This document shows positions 61,041 to 64,000 of a stretch of DNA of 64,000 nt, in pieces. The stretch spans positions 1,728,001 through 1,792,000 of the forward strand of contig CAXXGO010000001.1 in the NCBI GenBank assembly GCA_963666835.2, given 5' to 3'. Within the stretch, counting starts at the first letter, position 1, and each line of letters opens with the position of its first letter. The notes beneath the pieces were generated by a model, which was given only the letters and a program-made list of their open reading frames with translations, was not told the origin of the DNA and did no database searches. The DNA is from Phycisphaerae bacterium. GTDB lineage: Bacteria > Planctomycetota > Phycisphaerae > UBA1845. Made by a program: the position numbers and the translations under genes.

Positions 61041-62780
61041 ATGGCGAAGAGACGGTTTCTAGTAACGGCGGCACTTCCCTACTCCAACGGCCGGCTGCAC
61101 GTTGGGCATATTGCGGGCGCTTATCTGCCCGCGGATACGTATGCCCGGTACCTCAGGGCGGTCGGGGCGGAGGTTCGCTTCGTCTGCGGCAGCGATGACA
61201 ACGGCGTAGCAGCACTGAAAACGGCACGCGAGCAGGATCGCAGCGTCGAGGAGCTGACCGCCCATTACAATAAGTCCCAGCGGACGGACTTTGCCGGGTT
61301 GGGGGTTTGTTTCGACATCTTCGGCGGGACCCATCAGCCGGACTACGCCGTCGCCCACGAGCGGTTCAGCCAGGAGTTCTTTCTGAAGATCTTTGAGAAA
61401 GGACTTTTTACGAAGCGCAAGACCCACCAATTGTACGATGCCGAGGCCAAGCAGTTTCTGCCGGACCGGTTCGTGAAGGGTACGTGTCCGAGTTGCGGCA
61501 GCGATAACGCGTACGGCGATCAGTGCGAAGGTTGTGGTCGATCGGTGGATCAAGTTGAGCTGGTTAACCCGATCAGTGTGTTGACCGGATCGCCGCCGGA
61601 GCTGCGCGAGACGACCCACTGGTATCTGCGCTTGGATCAGCTTCAGCAGCGCCTGACGGGGTGGCTGGCGGAGAAGAAAGACGCGGAACGGTGCGGGGCG
61701 ACCTGGCGGCCGACGGTATTGAACCAATCGCTCGGTCGGATTGAGGCGGAAGGGCTGCCCGAGCGGGCGATGACCCGCGATTTGCAGTGGGGCGTGCCCG
61801 TGCCGCTGGACGACCCGGACGCCAAGGGGAAGTCGCTCTACGTTTGGTTCGACGCCCCGATCGGGTATGTCTCGTTTACCGCCGCTCTTTGCAAAGACCG
61901 CGGCGAGGAAGTCGAAGCGTATGAGCGCTGGTGGAAGGACCCGGACTGTAAGATCGTCCATTTCATCGGTGAGGACAACATTGTTTTCCACGCTATTACC
62001 TGGCCGGCGATGCTCTTAGCCACCCACGACAGTGACAACGTTCAAGGGGAAGCCGGCGAGTATCAACTGCCTCACAACGTCGTCTCGAATTCTTTCCTGA
62101 ACATCAAGTTTCCGGGCAAGGACGAAGAGAAGATCAGTAAGAGCCGGGGAACGGCGATTTGGATCGAGGATTACCTCAGGACTTTCGACCCCGATCCGCT
62201 CCGCTACTACCTGACGGCCGTGGCTCCCGAGACGGCCCGGACGACGTTCGACGTCGATGATTTCATTGCCCGCAATAACGGGGAGTTGGTCAACGCCTTC
62301 GGCAACTTCTTCAACCGGACGATGACGTTCGCCCACAAGTACTTTGAAGGGAAAGTGCCTTCACCCGGTCAGCGAGATGGGCAGGACTCGGACCATTTGC
62401 AGAAGTGCCGCGATACGATCGAGCGGGTCTCGGCCCAGTTGGAGCGTCAGCACTTCAAGGCTGCTCTCGCGGAGGTGATGGCTCTGGCGCGGGCCGGCAA
62501 CGGCTACTTCGATGCCACTAAGCCGTTTCTGTCGCGCAAGACCGATATGGACGCCTGTGGCCGGGCGATCAATGTCTGCCTGCAAACCGCGCGTACGCTG
62601 ACCACGCTGGTTGCTCCGTTCTTGCCCTTCACGGCTGAGAAGTGTGCAACGATGTTGCAGCTTGGCGAGGGTTGGCGCACTTGGTCTTCGGCCGGTGACG
62701 AGCTGCCCGGCGGGCATTCCCTGGGCCAGCCGGTAATCCTCGTGAAGAAACTGGATGCCAAGGAGCTGTTCGGCGAATGA
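61041..62780 (+). CDS. metG: Methionine--tRNA ligase
   Basis: ALPYSNG..HVGH, YVWFDAPIGY, KISKS. Confidence 0.97.
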   Translation: MAKRRFLVTAALPYSNGRLHVGHIAGAYLPADTYARYLRAVGAEVRFVCGSDDNGVAALKTAREQDRSVEELTAHYNKSQRTDFAGLGVCFDIFGGTHQPDYAVAHERFSQEFFLKIFEKGLFTKRKTHQLYDAEAKQFLPDRFVKGTCPSCGSDNAYGDQCEGCGRSVDQVELVNPISVLTGSPPELRETTHWYLRLDQLQQRLTGWLAEKKDAERCGATWRPTVLNQSLGRIEAEGLPERAMTRDLQWGVPVPLDDPDAKGKSLYVWFDAPIGYVSFTAALCKDRGEEVEAYERWWKDPDCKIVHFIGEDNIVFHAITWPAMLLATHDSDNVQGEAGEYQLPHNVVSNSFLNIKFPGKDEEKISKSRGTAIWIEDYLRTFDPDPLRYYLTAVAPETARTTFDVDDFIARNNGELVNAFGNFFNRTMTFAHKYFEGKVPSPGQRDGQDSDHLQKCRDTIERVSAQLERQHFKAALAEVMALARAGNGYFDATKPFLSRKTDMDACGRAINVCLQTARTLTTLVAPFLPFTAEKCATMLQLGEGWRTWSSAGDELPGGHSLGQPVILVKKLDAKELFGE

Positions 62781-62837
62781 TCTTGCCGGCGGCGCGATGT
62801 TCGTTCAACCTTGTTCTTAAGCAGACGGCGGGAGGCC

Positions 62838-63296
62838 GTGGAAGTGTTCACCGTTAACAAGAACCCCAGTGTTGACGAGCTGCGGAAGTTCGGTTGGGCT
62901 ATGCTCATCGGGTTTGGAGTGATTGGGCTGGTGTTCTGGGCGGCTCCGTGGTGGGAGGCACGCGATGCCGCCGCGCTGGTGTGGTCGGGGAGCGGGCTCC
63001 AGGCGACTGCCATTGTCCTGGTCGGCCTCGGGGTGGTGCTTTGCGTACTCGGCGTTGCCGCTCCCGCGGTGGCTAAGCCGGTCTATGTTGTTTGGATGTC
63101 TATGGCCGCTGGGGTGGGGATCGTTATGTCGCCGGTCCTGTTGACCGTGCTGTATGTGGTCCTGCTGCCGGTTTTCTCGATCGTAGTACGTTTCGGCGAT
63201 CCGTTGCGCAAGAAGATCTCTCCTCACCGCGAAACCTATTGGGAAGACTACAAGCCGCACGAGGCTACTTTGGATCGCGTGGGCCGGCCTTTCTGA
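62838..63296 (+). CDS. SxtJ-family membrane protein
   Basis: ELRKFG, PVYVVWM, DPLR...TYW...RPF. Confidence 0.8.
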   Translation: MEVFTVNKNPSVDELRKFGWAMLIGFGVIGLVFWAAPWWEARDAAALVWSGSGLQATAIVLVGLGVVLCVLGVAAPAVAKPVYVVWMSMAAGVGIVMSPVLLTVLYVVLLPVFSIVVRFGDPLRKKISPHRETYWEDYKPHEATLDRVGRPF

Positions 63297-63343
63297 CGGT
63301 CGAAGGCTCGGGTCCGGCCTGTGCCGGGAGTAGAGATGCACCT

Positions 63344-64000
63344 GTGAACGTACTCGGAATCTCCTGCTATTATCATGACTCCGGCGTGGCTCTGGTCTGT
63401 GATGGGCAGTTGGTCGCGGCCGCGGAAGAGGAACGGTTCAACCGCAAGAAGCACGACAACGGTTTTCCGGAGCTGGCCATCGAGTATTGCCTTCGTCAAG
63501 CGGGCATTACGATCGACCAGGTCGACCACATCGGCTTCTACGAGAAGCCGCTGGTCAAGTTCAATCGCATCCTCGAGACCGTTCTGGCCGAGTGGCCGTG
63601 GACGCTGAAACCCTGGCTCAAAGCGCTACCGCTCTGGCTCACGCAACGCCTGCACATTGGGAGCGAAATCCAGCGCAAGCTCGGCGTGGATAAGGACATT
63701 CTGTATTGCCAGCATCATCTGGCTCATGCGGCCAGTGCCTTTCTCGTGTCGCCGTTTGAGGAGGCGGCGATTCTCACGGCCGACGGGGTCGGTGAATGGA
63801 CGACTACCAGTTGGGGCATCGGGCGCGGTAACCAGATCGAGATGGTCAAGGAAATCCGTTTTCCGCACTCGGTCGGTCTGCTGTTCAGCGCGATCACTTC
63901 GTATCTTGGCTTCCGGGTCAACGACGCCGAGTGGAAGGTCATGGGCTTAGCCCCGTATGGGAAGCCGACGTACGTTGACAAGTTCCGGGAGCTGGTCGAC
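63344..64000 (+). CDS. Carbamoyltransferase (NodU/CmcH family), runs off window end
   Basis: Manual translation: VLGISCYYHDS, AAEEERFNRKKHD..FP, HHLAHAASAF, DGVGEW, HSVGL, EWKVMGLAPYG. Confidence 0.93.
   Translation, partial: MNVLGISCYYHDSGVALVCDGQLVAAAEEERFNRKKHDNGFPELAIEYCLRQAGITIDQVDHIGFYEKPLVKFNRILETVLAEWPWTLKPWLKALPLWLTQRLHIGSEIQRKLGVDKDILYCQHHLAHAASAFLVSPFEEAAILTADGVGEWTTTSWGIGRGNQIEMVKEIRFPHSVGLLFSAITSYLGFRVNDAEWKVMGLAPYGKPTYVDKFRELVD

Noticed and set aside
63344..64000. NodU-type carbamoyltransferase complementing the truncated HypF
   Set aside because: It is about 36 kb away and sits in the usual SxtJ-linked context; nothing in the sequence links the two.

Overview
GC-rich bacterial chromosomal window, probably Planctomycetota/Phycisphaerae. 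This is an inference from the Minf_1886-family gene, dockerin-like EF-hand secreted proteins, exosortase H and the repeat types. Most genes are housekeeping (polyprenyl synthase, scpB, rsmJ, lepB, glmS, rarA, holB, tmk, lipA, thiolase, queA, trxA, tatA, metG, two tRNA-Leu). An IS1595 element at the left edge appears to truncate a secreted-protein gene. The most notable locus is 22.5-33.4 kb. A globin-coupled histidine kinase and a sigma54 activator (split by one extra G) lie divergent from a -24/-12 sigma54 promoter. That promoter precedes a pseudo-receiver, a Kae1-only HypF, hypC, hypD and hypE, followed by a degenerate HD-GYP gene. No hydrogenase or hypAB genes are in the window. Also seen: a family of GTAG-type REP/REPIN elements (in a 148-bp tandem duplication and in 104-bp direct repeats flanking an FGE-domain gene), an orphan ~100-nt sRNA candidate with its own promoter and terminator, two other structured intergenic regions, and a clamp-binding-like motif inserted in Tmk. 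All calls come from motif recognition by eye; no searches were run.
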